19,223 nucleotides of DNA from Allobaculum fili. GTDB lineage: Bacteria > Bacillota_I > Bacilli_A > Erysipelotrichales > Erysipelotrichaceae. Numbering within the stretch: position 1 is the first letter of the stretch; every line of letters begins with the position of its first letter. A program made the position numbers and the translations under genes. Positions 1-9,843 of the stretch are shown here, in pieces. Location: assembly GCF_020969955.1 (NCBI RefSeq), contig NZ_JAHDSX010000042.1, positions 1-19,223 on the forward strand, read 5' to 3'. The notes beneath the pieces are model-generated. The model was not told the origin of the DNA, did not search any database, and saw only the letters and a program-made list of their open reading frames with translations.

Positions 1-510
1 GCCCGCTATAAAGGGCCGCTCCAGAAATTTTCAATCGCTCATCGTCCAGCGACGTGTTTCGGGCCTTCGAAACGGCCAAATGTTTTTACCACCAAAAACG
101 AATTTACACAAAATTTTTGACATGTCCTTCCGATCTCATGCTTCCGTCGCGGCGACTTTGCGTTTTCCTTTCTTATATTTATCTTATTTGCCTTATTTGC
201 CGTATATGCGCTTCTTATATTTGCCCTCATATTCGCTTATTTGAATTTTTGCGCGTTCTTCCATATGTTCGCCTCGCTTGTATGCACGCTCTCCCCATTC
301 ATCCATATATAACGCAATTAAAGCGGCACATAGAATCTAGCCTGACCACGCAAAGTTCGGACCTTGGCAGACCGATCCCTCCATTCCAGCTCGATCTGCC
401 TTTCACCTATCACTGTTCACGTATCATCCTCACCCCAGAAAGAGGATCGCAGCCCGGATCCGGAGCGTCTCTAGATGATCCGACTTCGCGTTCTGACAGA
501 TTCTTATATT

Positions 511-547
511 AGAAAAAGCCTGAACGCTATTTTTTAGCGTTCAGGCT
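511..547 (-). terminator. Rho-independent terminator after the membrane-protein gene
   Basis: A 12-bp perfect stem, AGCCTGAACGCT (517-528) with AGCGTTCAGGCT (536-547), has a 7-nt loop. On the minus strand it is followed by TTTTTCT. The stop codon (527-529) lies inside the hairpin. Confidence 0.8.
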
Positions 548-1171
548 GATTTCTAAATGGTTTTCCTGAATAAATTTTTCCTGCATTTTCTTGAAACGCC
601 AGAGGCTGAAGAAATAGGTGACCAGGAAAATCACAATCGAGCTGTCAAAATTGCGGAAGACCTGCATCATCAAAAACCAGAGGACGAGAGCCAGGACGTC
701 GGTCAGAACCATCGGCCGCGTATTGCCGTACAGCTCAGCGGTCTGCAGCTGCGTTCTAAGGTTCAGGATGGCAAGCGCTGCACCAATGGCAGCAACGACG
801 GCGTCCACCGAGAAGTTAACGAGATACTTTCCGAAAATGGCATTGCGGATGAAGGAGCAGAGCAGAACCATCGCAAACGCGGTCGTTATGCCGGATAGAC
901 GAAAGGTTCCTCGATCTTCAATCATCTGTTTTCTGGCAAAGTCCCGAAAGGAAGTGCTTCTCTTGCGGGAAAGCAGCTTTTCCGGAAGTTTGCGGTCTTC
1001 CAGTCTCTCCTGAGCCGCCCACCCGATCAGCAGATGCTTCATGCCGGCGCTCTCGTCGGTTCGATCGATCTGTTCGAGCGCTTTCTGATACGGAACATCG
1101 TCAATCAGGCCAGCGGTGTTGCTGGTAATCGATTTGGTCAGCCAGACCGGTTCTTTTTTCTTCTTCGCCAT
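527..1171 (-). CDS. Hypothetical integral membrane protein (soluble charged N-terminal domain of about 95 aa, then 3-4 predicted TM helices)
   Basis: 214-aa ORF. Hydrophobic stretches include ITTAFAMVLLCSFI, VVAAIGAALAIL, VLALVLWFLMMQVF and IVIFLVTYFF. The ATG at 1171-1169 directly abuts the TAA (1174-1172) of the upstream aminopeptidase gene. I recognise no family. Confidence 0.6.
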   Translation of the reverse strand: MAKKKKEPVWLTKSITSNTAGLIDDVPYQKALEQIDRTDESAGMKHLLIGWAAQERLEDRKLPEKLLSRKRSTSFRDFARKQMIEDRGTFRLSGITTAFAMVLLCSFIRNAIFGKYLVNFSVDAVVAAIGAALAILNLRTQLQTAELYGNTRPMVLTDVLALVLWFLMMQVFRNFDSSIVIFLVTYFFSLWRFKKMQEKFIQENHLEISLNAKK

Positions 1172-2494
1172 TTATTCGAAGCTTACGGAGTCTGCTCCGT
1201 CAATCTTGATATTGGTGCTGAAGTAAGTCTGCATCGCCTGGAAGAGATAGTACGGATCTTTGGCACCGCCGGTCTCAAAGGAAGAATGCATGGCCAGCTG
1301 AGCCAGTCCGATGTCAACAGCGTGTACAGATACCTGAGTATTGGAAAGGTTGCCCAGCGTCGATCCGCCGACAATATTCGAACGGTTTGCGAAGTTCTGT
1401 ACAGGAACGCCGGCTTTTTCGCAGATCATTGTGAATACAGATCTCGAGAAGGCGTCGGTTGTGTACTTCTGGTTAGCGGCCTCTTTAATAATTGGGCCGT
1501 GGTTCATGTAAACCGTGTTTTCGCCGGCATCGGTTTTTTCCGGATGGTTTGGATGAACGGCATGGCCATTATCCGCCGATACGAGGAAGCTTGCGGATAC
1601 GGCGCGGTAGTATTCTTCTTCCGTTTTGCCGAGCGCGCTGTTGATCCGACGGAGCACATCGTGCAGGAAGGTCGACATAGCGCCCTGCTTGGTGTTGGAG
1701 CCGACTTCTTCGTTGTCGAAGCAGCAGTAAACATCAATCTTGTTTCCGTGTTCTGCATTCAGGAAGCCCTGCAGAGTCGTATAGGCGCATTCGAGGTCGT
1801 CAAGTTTCGGGCTGGATACGAATTCATCCTTGTAGCCCCAGAGAATGCCTTTCTGACGGTTAACCAGGAACAGATCCTTGCCCTTGATGGCATTTACATC
1901 TACGCCAAGTTCGTCAGCAACCATCTGATTGAAGGAGCCTTTGGTCATTGCGCCGCAGGAGAACAGAGGGCACAGATCCACCTGACGGTTGAACGCGAAG
2001 CCTTCGTTGATCTCACGGTTGAAATGGATCGGCATGTTTGGAATGGTCAGAATATCCTGATCCATATAGAACAGACGGCTTTCGAGACCGTTGCCGGTAT
2101 CGACCATGACACGTCCGGCAATAGTCAGAGGACGATCGAGCCATGTGGAATCGATCATTCCGCCGTACGCCTCGACGTTAAGACGGATGTATTCAGCCGG
2201 CCCGGTAATTTCCGGAACGGATTTGATTTTAAACGTTGGAGAATCGGTATGCGCTGCACTCATCTGGAAATGATAGTCAGTCAGATTTTCCGGAATCATG
2301 AACGCAATAATGGAACTGTTGTTGCGAATTGTATAGTAGCCTTTGCCTGGTTCAAGATTCCAGGCGTCTTTTTCTTTCAGCGCGCTGAATCCTTTGGCTT
2401 CAAGTTCAGCGGCAATGGAATGTACGGAATGAAACATGCTTGGGCACGCTGCAATAAAATCGGTCAGCTTGCCTGCAAATTCTTTGTAGGACAT
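1172..2494 (-). CDS. M18-family aminopeptidase (aspartyl/glutamyl aminopeptidase-like)
   Basis: 440-aa ORF with M18-type motifs AAHTDSPTFKIK and CCFDNEEVGSNTKQGA, and a typical M18 length. The RBS is AAGGAGGAAAA, ahead of the ATG at 2494. Confidence 0.85.
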   Translation of the reverse strand: MSYKEFAGKLTDFIAACPSMFHSVHSIAAELEAKGFSALKEKDAWNLEPGKGYYTIRNNSSIIAFMIPENLTDYHFQMSAAHTDSPTFKIKSVPEITGPAEYIRLNVEAYGGMIDSTWLDRPLTIAGRVMVDTGNGLESRLFYMDQDILTIPNMPIHFNREINEGFAFNRQVDLCPLFSCGAMTKGSFNQMVADELGVDVNAIKGKDLFLVNRQKGILWGYKDEFVSSPKLDDLECAYTTLQGFLNAEHGNKIDVYCCFDNEEVGSNTKQGAMSTFLHDVLRRINSALGKTEEEYYRAVSASFLVSADNGHAVHPNHPEKTDAGENTVYMNHGPIIKEAANQKYTTDAFSRSVFTMICEKAGVPVQNFANRSNIVGGSTLGNLSNTQVSVHAVDIGLAQLAMHSSFETGGAKDPYYLFQAMQTYFSTNIKIDGADSVSFE

Positions 2495-2798
2495 AAGTTT
2501 TCCTCCTTATCTAAGACAATACCATATCCAGCAGAAACAGGATGTCCTGGAAAAGCGACTCAAGTACAGAATGACAGTCCTGACTAAAACGAAAAACATC
2601 GCTGGTCTAATACGGTTTCCAGACTCCCTTTTCCTTCCTTGCGGGCGGTCTGTCTTTCTGAGCAGAAAGTGCGCCGAGCCGGTCGGTTCCCATTAAAGCC
2701 ATGGTCAAAAATTATGGGCTGCATGCTTTCTCTCAGCGCAAGGACGCATTTGGCAGACAGTATCGGCAGCCAGATCACCAGATCTGCAGGACAGGGAT

Positions 2799-2831
2799 GA
2801 AAAAAAGCGGAAAGCCCGAAGACATTCCGCT
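2799..2831 (-). terminator. Rho-independent terminator after the permease gene
   Basis: Stem AGCGGAA (2806-2812) pairs with TTCCGCT (2825-2831). On the minus strand the stem is followed by a run of 7-8 T. It lies about 70 nt downstream of the permease stop. Confidence 0.7.
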
Positions 2832-2900
2832 TTATATTCTCCGAATAAACTCAAATCCGCTCAAACCGAAGGGATTCGAATTCAGAAAGATCAGAGACGT

Positions 2901-4361
2901 TTATTTTACAATACCAGCTTTGCGATCTTCGGCCTTGCGGATTTCCGGCATGATCAGACCGAGAGCAAGCAGAACGAATGGCATCGCAATGTTCAGAATT
3001 GTACGTACGACATCGCCTTCTACATAAACACCGAGAATGCAGCAGAATGCGGTAACGAAGAAGCACCATGCACCAGCAACGATGGCGAAGGTTTTGTTTT
3101 TAACAAATACGTAATCGCTGTGGAATTTGTTTCCGGCTGTGCGCAGCATGATATATGCGAAGAATACCCAGAGGTAACGCATTGGCATGCAGACAGAGTT
3201 CAGTTTGGTCAGCCAGGTGATGATATCGGCTGCACCAGTTCCGAGCATCTGAATCAGAATGATCGAACCAGCCAGAACACCGATCAGCAGAATACCGTTG
3301 GTGTATGCACCGTATTTGTTCTGCTTGAGCAGACTCTTTGGAACATACTGACGAGCGGATTCATCGTCAAGAAGCATACGCAGAGGAGCATCGATGGAAA
3401 GAACGAGAGTAGAGAACTGACCGATCGCATTGCAGGCACCGTATACGATAACGAAGAAGTTGCCCAGGTGGTAGTATTCACCGAGTTTCTGGAAGGACAT
3501 ATAAGCACCGTTGGCGATGAACTGTTTCTGGAAATCCGGGTTGGCCAGATCTGCAGAGTTGAACATCATACCCATGGCGATGGTACCGAGGATAGCGCAG
3601 ACCATAACCATGATTGCCAGGGAGATCATACCTTTCGGGAAGTCTTTACCAGGGTTTTTAACCTTATTTACATAAGGAGAAATCTTTTCACATCCTCCGA
3701 CTGCGAATACAAGAATCGACAGAGACGTGAAGTACTGCCAGTTGAATGTCGGGATCAAACCTTCCCAGCTCCAGTCAATAGGAGCGAACGAAGCGGACGG
3801 GTTGATCGCCGGTGCTGCGAACATCATTACGATGTAGAGCAGAGACATTACGAACATACTCGATCCAGCTACGGAGGTTAGAGCCTTAAGCGGTGTCAGG
3901 CCGCGGGAAGCTACCCAGAGGAAGATGATGAAGACAACGAGAGTCGCCAGCTGTACCTGAATTGCAGGCAGGCTGTCATACCATTCGTTGGACAGGAACA
4001 TCCATGCGAGAGCCTTCAGGCCGCCGCTTCCCTTCGAAGCAATGTAAGGGATATGGACTACCCAGTACGTATAACCAGCGTAATACGCCAGTTTAGGATT
4101 GGTTGTTTCCAGAACCCAGCTCGTTACACCGCCGCCGGCAGTTTTAAAAGCGGAACCAAGTTCACCAACCATTAATGCGTAAGGTACAAAGTACAGCAGG
4201 AACATCATTACCCATGAGAAGATTACCTGTGTGCCGTTGAAGTACCCAAAGCCGTTTACGACGTTACCAAATCCCCATACGGTTGAGAACGCCATGAACG
4301 CCAGAGTCAGCCAGGTGATTTTCTTAGTATCGGTTCCGGCTGAACTTTTCGTTTGGTTCAT
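2901..4361 (-). CDS. APC-superfamily amino acid permease (YjeM / glutamate:GABA-antiporter-like)
   Basis: 486-aa ORF that is hydrophobic throughout, with about 12 TM segments. The N-terminal pattern ITWLTLAFMAFSTVWGFGNVVNGF...GELGSAF is typical of APC amino-acid transporters. The RBS is AAAGGAG. Confidence 0.8.
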   Translation of the reverse strand: MNQTKSSAGTDTKKITWLTLAFMAFSTVWGFGNVVNGFGYFNGTQVIFSWVMMFLLYFVPYALMVGELGSAFKTAGGGVTSWVLETTNPKLAYYAGYTYWVVHIPYIASKGSGGLKALAWMFLSNEWYDSLPAIQVQLATLVVFIIFLWVASRGLTPLKALTSVAGSSMFVMSLLYIVMMFAAPAINPSASFAPIDWSWEGLIPTFNWQYFTSLSILVFAVGGCEKISPYVNKVKNPGKDFPKGMISLAIMVMVCAILGTIAMGMMFNSADLANPDFQKQFIANGAYMSFQKLGEYYHLGNFFVIVYGACNAIGQFSTLVLSIDAPLRMLLDDESARQYVPKSLLKQNKYGAYTNGILLIGVLAGSIILIQMLGTGAADIITWLTKLNSVCMPMRYLWVFFAYIMLRTAGNKFHSDYVFVKNKTFAIVAGAWCFFVTAFCCILGVYVEGDVVRTILNIAMPFVLLALGLIMPEIRKAEDRKAGIVK

Positions 4362-4387
4362 AATTTGAGAACACTCCTTTCTGACAC

Positions 4388-4420
4388 ATTATCCCATAAA
4401 TATACGGATTTTGGGATAAT
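4388..4420 (-). promoter_or_regulatory. Inverted repeat (candidate operator) overlapping a putative extended -10 promoter of the permease gene
   Basis: The repeat is ATTATCCCA (4388-4396), 15 nt, then TGGGATAAT (4412-4420). Both arms read the same way on either strand. On the minus strand, the arm at 4396-4388 (the one nearer the permease ATG) reads TGGGATAAT, which fits TGn + GATAAT, 27-35 nt upstream of the ATG at 4361. Confidence 0.4.
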
Positions 4421-5250
4421 CTAAGCGTTTAAAAACATTACATTTTCTCCTAAAGATCAAAATCTGCTCAGAACGTCAAAATAGAGCATTCCCGCCTCTT
4501 TTGATGCAAGGCATTCACTTAGCATGTGCGTTTACCATTATTACACATTTCAGATAAATTTTTCATAATTTCATTTTGTTTCATCACAAATTTTAACCAA
4601 ATTTTTGTCAGGCAGGTTTCAAAATTGCCTTACTTGGCGTAAAAATGTAAAAAACAGTGAAAATCGACACTTTGTGCTCTCATTTTCGTTTTGTCAACAC
4701 TTTATTTCGCGATTCGTAGACGGATGTTTTACATCTGTAAACAGTCTGTGTTCCATCACACATTCGCTTTTAACATTAAAAAGGGGACTCTGAATGGATT
4801 TTGTCTGCCGCTGCAGCATGCATGATCGTCTCAGCATTCGAAATCATCTCGGCATACAGTCAGAACTTTAATGCATTCCTCGTCTGGTCCGCTAGATCAC
4901 GTTTTCCCTTCCGCTCGTACTAAAACCCTTGAGCTTGCAGTCAGAGATTTATGGTTGTCTCAATGGTTTTCCTGGTTCGGCAGAATAAGGCTCCAGAACA
5001 GCGTTCTGCTGCTCGTATATGAATGCGATACAGTTTTCCTGTTATTCTCTTCAAAACCGTCAGAAAGGCCTCATACGCTTTTCTAGACCGCAAGCTATGA
5101 ATAAGGACCCAATTTCCCCAGCCATTGAATTTTTTCAAATATACAGTTGAGAGGAAATAAGAATTGCTAGAGGATCGTGTGTGCAGAGAGGCAGCCATTA
5201 TCGGTCAGGCCCTGATTTCAACTGGCGAATCCGTCTCTTCTTGGTAGGCA

Positions 5251-5295
5251 AAAAACAAAAAAGGAGAACCCATTCGTAAGATTGGGTTCTCCTTA
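5251..5295 (-). terminator. Rho-independent terminator of the str operon (after tuf)
   Basis: A 12-bp stem, AAGGAGAACCCA (5262-5273) with TGGGTTCTCCTT (5284-5295), is followed on the minus strand by TTTTTTGTTTTTT. Confidence 0.85.
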
Positions 5296-5338
5296 ATTTT
5301 TTAGTTAGCTGAAAGCTTCGTCAGTTTCTGAACGTCGA

Positions 5339-6523
5339 TTATTCAACGATTTCAGTAACGTTACCAGCGCCTACAGTGTGTCCGCCTTCACGAATAGAGA
5401 AGGTAGTACCGTTTTCGATAGCGATAGGAGCGATCAGTTCAACGGACATTTCAACGTTGTCGCCAGGCATAACCATTTCAACGCCTTCTGGCAGAGTGAT
5501 TACACCAGTTACGTCAGTTGTACGGAAGTAGAACTGAGGACGGTAGTTGGAAACGAACGGTGTGTGACGTCCGCCTTCATCTTTGCTCAGTACGTAAACC
5601 TGAGCTTTGAATTTTGTGTGAGGATGAACGGATCCTGGTTTTGCCAGAACCTGTCCACGCTGTACTTCGTCACGTGCAACACCACGGAGCAGAGCACCGA
5701 TGTTGTCACCAGCACGAGCTTCGTCGAGCTGTTTGTGGAACATTTCCAGACCAGTCAGTACAGTGGAGCGAGTTGGTTTGATACCAACGATTTCTACTGT
5801 GTCGGACAGGTGAGCAGTACCACGTTCTACACGACCTGTAGCAACGGTACCACGACCGGAAATTGTCATAACGTCTTCGACAGCCATCAGGAATGGTTTG
5901 TCGACATCACGAACTGGATCATCGATCCAGGAATCAACAGCGTCCATCAGTTCTTCGATAGCCGGTGTCCATTTCGGATCGCCTTCGAGAGCTTTCAGAG
6001 CGGATCCGCGGATGATTGGAGTGTCGTCGCCGTCGAATTCATATTCGTCGAGGAGTTCACGAATTTCCATTTCAACAAGGTCGATCAGTTCTTCGTCGTC
6101 AACCATGTCGCATTTGTTCAGGAATACAACCATTTTAGGTACGCCTACCTGACGAGCGAGCAGGATGTGCTCACGAGTCTGAGGCATAGGTCCGTCAGTG
6201 GCAGCTACAACGAGGATAGCGCCATCCATCTGAGCTGCACCAGTGATCATGTTCTTGATGTAGTCAGCGTGACCCGGGCAGTCTACGTGTGCATAGTGAC
6301 GTTTGTCTGTCTGGTATTCAACGTGAGCGGTGTTGATGGTGATTCCACGTTCTTTTTCTTCTGGAGCACCGTCAATCTGATCGTAATCTGTTTTCTCAGC
6401 CATGCCTTTGCCGCTGAGAACGCTGGTGATTGCAGCAGTCAGAGTTGTTTTACCGTGGTCAACGTGTCCAATGGTACCAATGTTGACATGGGTTTTACTT
6501 CTGTCAAATTTTTGCTTAGCCAT
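5339..6523 (-). CDS. tuf: Elongation factor Tu
   Basis: 394 aa. Starts [33 protein letters not shown] and contains DCPGHADY and NKCD, the unmistakable EF-Tu GTPase motifs. The RBS is TAGGAGGAAAT. Confidence 0.98.
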   Translation of the reverse strand: MAKQKFDRSKTHVNIGTIGHVDHGKTTLTAAITSVLSGKGMAEKTDYDQIDGAPEEKERGITINTAHVEYQTDKRHYAHVDCPGHADYIKNMITGAAQMDGAILVVAATDGPMPQTREHILLARQVGVPKMVVFLNKCDMVDDEELIDLVEMEIRELLDEYEFDGDDTPIIRGSALKALEGDPKWTPAIEELMDAVDSWIDDPVRDVDKPFLMAVEDVMTISGRGTVATGRVERGTAHLSDTVEIVGIKPTRSTVLTGLEMFHKQLDEARAGDNIGALLRGVARDEVQRGQVLAKPGSVHPHTKFKAQVYVLSKDEGGRHTPFVSNYRPQFYFRTTDVTGVITLPEGVEMVMPGDNVEMSVELIAPIAIENGTTFSIREGGHTVGAGNVTEIVE

Positions 6524-6594
6524 TATTTCCTCCTAGAGTTATTCAGACTGTTTCATTTTAAGGCTTTCGAATTTTAAAAGCAATAATGAGTATT

Positions 6595-8667
6595 TTACTT
6601 ACCGGACTCGGCAATGATCTTCTCAGAAATCGACTTCGGTACTTCACTGTAGTGGTCGAATTTCATCGAGTAGTTGCCGCGGCCCTGGGTAAAGGAACGC
6701 AGGTCAGTTACATAGCCGAACATTTCTGACAGCGGGATGAATGCACGTACGATGACGGCATTTCCGCGTTCTTCCTGATCGTTGATCTGACCGCGACGGC
6801 TGGATACGTCGCCCATTACAGAACCAAGGTATTCTGCTGGTGCTGTAATTTCAACGAGCATGATTGGCTCGAGCAGTACAGGATCGCACTTCTTGGCAGC
6901 TTCACGAAGAGCCATGGAAGCAGCAATCTTGTAGGCCTGTTCGGAGGAGTCGACATCATGGTAGCTTCCGTCGAACAGAGTTGCTTTAACGTCAATCATC
7001 GGGTAGCCGGCGAGTACACCTTTTTCAAGAGCGTCCTGCAGACCTTCGTTGGTTGGCTTGATGTATTCCTTAGGTACGGTTCCACCAACAACAGCGTCGA
7101 TGAATTCGTATCCTTTACCTTCTTCATTCGGTTCAAACTTGATCCATACGTGACCGTACTGACCTTTACCACCGGACTGACGGATGTATTTACCTTCACA
7201 TTCCGCAGCTTTACGGATTGTTTCACGGTAAGCAACCTGCGGCTGGCCAATCTTCGCATCGACGTTGAATTCTCTGCGCAGACGGTCAACGATGATATCG
7301 AGGTGAAGTTCACCTACACCAGCGATAATGGTCTGTCCAGTTTCCTTATTTGTATAAGTTCTGAACGTAGGGTCTTCTTCAGCCAGTTTGGCAAGAGCCA
7401 GACCCATCTTGTCCTGGTCAGCTTTCGTCTTTGGTTCAAGGGACTGTTCAATAACAGGTTCCGGGAATTCCATCTTTTCAAGAATGATCGGATGGTCCGG
7501 CTCGCAGAGGCTGTCACCAGTTGTGGTGTTTTTCAGACCTACTGCTGCCGCAATGTCGCCTGCGAAAACCTGCGGGATTTCGTGACGGCTGTTGGCATGC
7601 ATCTGCATGATACGGCCGAAACGTTCTTTCGTATCCTTTGTGGAGTTGAGAACGTAGCTTCCGGAATCAGCTGTACCGGAGTAAACGCGGAAGAACGTAA
7701 GTTTTCCGACGTATTTATCGGTCATGATTTTGAAAGCAAGCGCAGAGAACGGTTCTTCATCGGAAGGATGACGTTCATCCGGTTCGCCATCAAGAGTCGT
7801 ACCTTTGATTGCCGGTACGTCAATCGGAGACGGGAGGTAGTCAACAACTGCGTCGAGCATTGGCTGAACGCCTTTGTCTTTATAAGCGGATCCGCAAAGA
7901 ACCGGGAAGAATTCAACGTCGCATACCGCTTTACGGATAACGCGCTTGATATCTTCAATGGAAGGTTCTTCACCTTCGAGGACCTGCATCATCAGATCTT
8001 CATCAAAGTCAGACAGAGTTTCGAGGAGTTTCATGCGATACTCTTCAACCATGTCTACCATGTCTTCAGGGATAGGGCCATCTTCAACGATGATACCTTT
8101 GTCGCCTTTGTTATAGACCGCTTTGCGTTCGATCAGATCTACAAGACCTTCGAATTCACTTTCAGCGCCGATCGGCAGCTGAATTGGAGCAGCTTTAACG
8201 CCCAGGCGATCAACGATCGTCTGGCAGCTCATCAGGAAGTCAGCTCCTGTTGAGTCCATTTTATTTACGAATACAATACGGGGAACTCCGTATTCGGAGG
8301 CCTGACGCCATACTGTTTCAGTCTGTGGTTCAACACCGGCCTTGGCATCGAGGACTGTAACCGCACCATCGAGAACGCGCAGGGAACGTTCAACTTCTAC
8401 TGTGAAGTCAACGTGGCCCGGAGTATCGATAATGTTGATTCGGTTGCCTCTCCAATGAACGGTTGTAGCCGCAGATGTAATCGTGATACCACGTTCAGCT
8501 TCTTGTTCCATCCAGTCCATTGTGGATGCGCCATCATGAGTTTCACCAATTCTGTGGTTAAGACCTGTGTAATACAGGATACGTTCAGTGGTGGTTGTTT
8601 TGCCGGCGTCGATATGTGCCATGATACCGATATTACGGGTATTTTCTAATGAATATTCTCTTGGCAT
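6595..8667 (-). CDS. fusA: Elongation factor G
   Basis: 690 aa. Contains [32 protein letters not shown] and NKMD, and has the full-length EF-G architecture. Confidence 0.98.
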   Translation of the reverse strand: MPREYSLENTRNIGIMAHIDAGKTTTTERILYYTGLNHRIGETHDGASTMDWMEQEAERGITITSAATTVHWRGNRINIIDTPGHVDFTVEVERSLRVLDGAVTVLDAKAGVEPQTETVWRQASEYGVPRIVFVNKMDSTGADFLMSCQTIVDRLGVKAAPIQLPIGAESEFEGLVDLIERKAVYNKGDKGIIVEDGPIPEDMVDMVEEYRMKLLETLSDFDEDLMMQVLEGEEPSIEDIKRVIRKAVCDVEFFPVLCGSAYKDKGVQPMLDAVVDYLPSPIDVPAIKGTTLDGEPDERHPSDEEPFSALAFKIMTDKYVGKLTFFRVYSGTADSGSYVLNSTKDTKERFGRIMQMHANSRHEIPQVFAGDIAAAVGLKNTTTGDSLCEPDHPIILEKMEFPEPVIEQSLEPKTKADQDKMGLALAKLAEEDPTFRTYTNKETGQTIIAGVGELHLDIIVDRLRREFNVDAKIGQPQVAYRETIRKAAECEGKYIRQSGGKGQYGHVWIKFEPNEEGKGYEFIDAVVGGTVPKEYIKPTNEGLQDALEKGVLAGYPMIDVKATLFDGSYHDVDSSEQAYKIAASMALREAAKKCDPVLLEPIMLVEITAPAEYLGSVMGDVSSRRGQINDQEERGNAVIVRAFIPLSEMFGYVTDLRSFTQGRGNYSMKFDHYSEVPKSISEKIIAESGK

Positions 8668-8729
8668 AATTCGACATCCTTTCTAGAGCTCCGATTGCCG
8701 TTTTTAATAACAGCTGAATCGGATGCAGA

Positions 8730-9200
8730 CTACCAGCGGTAGTGAGCAAAAGCCTTGTTGGCTTCCGCCATGCGATGAACGTTGTCGCGCTGTTTTACCG
8801 ATGCACCCACACCGTTAGCGGCATCGATGATTTCAGCAGCAAGTCGCTGTTCCATCGTTTTTTCGTTACGCAGGCGTGCGTAGTTCACGAGCCAGCGCAG
8901 TCCAAGTGTCAGACGGCGTTCTTCAGATACTTCAACTGGTACCTGGTAGTTCGCACCGCCTACACGGCGAACCTTAAGTTCGAGCTGAGGCATAATGTTG
9001 CCCAGCGCCTGTTCAAAAACTTCCATTGGCTGTTTGCCAGTCTTAACCTCGACAATGTCGAAGGCGTTGTACAGAATTTTCTGTGCAGTTCCACGTTTTC
9101 CGTCAATCATGATTTTGTTAATTAAACGAGTGACGAGTTTGGAATTGTAAATAGGATCTGGAAGTACATCCCGTTTTGCAATATGTCCTTTTCTTGGCAT
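8730..9200 (-). CDS. rpsG: 30S ribosomal protein S7
   Basis: 156 aa. Starts [31 protein letters not shown] and ends ...AFAHYRW, the canonical S7 pattern. Confidence 0.98.
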   Translation of the reverse strand: MPRKGHIAKRDVLPDPIYNSKLVTRLINKIMIDGKRGTAQKILYNAFDIVEVKTGKQPMEVFEQALGNIMPQLELKVRRVGGANYQVPVEVSEERRLTLGLRWLVNYARLRNEKTMEQRLAAEIIDAANGVGASVKQRDNVHRMAEANKAFAHYRW

Positions 9201-9225
9201 CTTTTATTCTCCTTTCACGATTGAC

Positions 9226-9639
9226 TTATTTCTTAGGTTTCTTGGTTCCGTAAAGAGAGCGGCTCTGACGACGGTCCGTTACACCTGCGCAGTCAAGAGT
9301 ACCGCGAACGATATGGTAACGTACACCAGGCAGGTCTTTAACACGACCGCCGCGGATCAGTACTACCGAGTGCTCCTGGAGGTTGTGTCCGATACCTGGA
9401 ATGTAAGCAGTAACTTCCATTCCGTTGCTAAGACGTACACGAGCATATTTACGAAGAGCAGAGTTAGGTTTCTTCGGAGTCATTGTTCCGACACGGGTGC
9501 AGACGCCGCGTTTCTGCGGGCTGGACAGGCTTGTCGGTCTGGACTTCAATGAGTTGTATCCGCGGTTCAGTGCAGGAGATTTAGACATGTTCTCGCTGGA
9601 CTGACGGCCTTTGCGAATTAACTGATTAATAGTAGGCAT
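9226..9639 (-). CDS. rpsL: 30S ribosomal protein S12
   Basis: 137 aa. Starts [12 protein letters not shown] and contains [10 protein letters not shown] and [13 protein letters not shown], the canonical S12 pattern. Confidence 0.98.
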   Translation of the reverse strand: MPTINQLIRKGRQSSENMSKSPALNRGYNSLKSRPTSLSSPQKRGVCTRVGTMTPKKPNSALRKYARVRLSNGMEVTAYIPGIGHNLQEHSVVLIRGGRVKDLPGVRYHIVRGTLDCAGVTDRRQSRSLYGTKKPKK

Positions 9640-9743
9640 TTCTTCTCCTTATCTACTTGTATCAACTTATTCATGCGAACGAATCCGGGTGGACCATTTT
9701 TCGTCCTTTTAAAAGCGGGAATCTATCCCGCGCATGCTTTGAC

Positions 9744-9772
9744 AGTTTAGTAGATCACAAAATATATGTCAA
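9744..9772 (-). promoter_or_regulatory. Putative sigma-A promoter of the str operon
   Basis: On the minus strand: TTGACA (9772-9767), a 17-nt spacer, then TAAACT (9749-9744). It lies about 100 nt upstream of the rpsL ATG. Confidence 0.55.
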
Positions 9773-9843
9773 TCACAAAAAATCATGAAAATTATGAAAC
9801 TGTTTTGTAACCGGAATTTTCACTCTCAGACCACTTTTCGCCC

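Noticed and set aside
54-512. A 152-aa plus-strand ORF, and a 63-aa minus-strand ORF (39-230), in the left flank.
   Set aside because: Both give low-complexity, Cys/Leu/Ile/Arg-rich translations of a repeat-containing AT-rich region. Neither has an SD, and neither has domain-like features.
1034-2587. A 517-aa plus-strand ORF antisense to the aminopeptidase gene. There are similar long antisense ORFs at 3120-3881, 5378-6577, 6958-8253, 12870-14111 and 16973-18193.
   Set aside because: Each lies fully opposite a confidently identified gene. Their composition is unnatural (rich in F/V/C/H/R, with no recognisable motifs) and they lack an RBS. These are typical shadow ORFs caused by the codon bias of the true gene.
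2495-2798. T-box or a known riboswitch class for the aminopeptidase leader, and likewise for 1-510 on the minus strand (which contains GGTGGTA).
   Set aside because: I could not find the T-box 14-mer (GGGUGGUACCGCG), a specifier/terminator arrangement, or diagnostic cores of the SAM, TPP, FMN, lysine, glycine, cobalamin or yybP classes. I report only generic structure.
4388-4396. TTATCCCAT as a DnaA box.
   Set aside because: It differs from the TTATNCACA consensus at key positions. It occurs as a symmetric inverted pair at a promoter, which fits a dimeric repressor operator better than an origin element.
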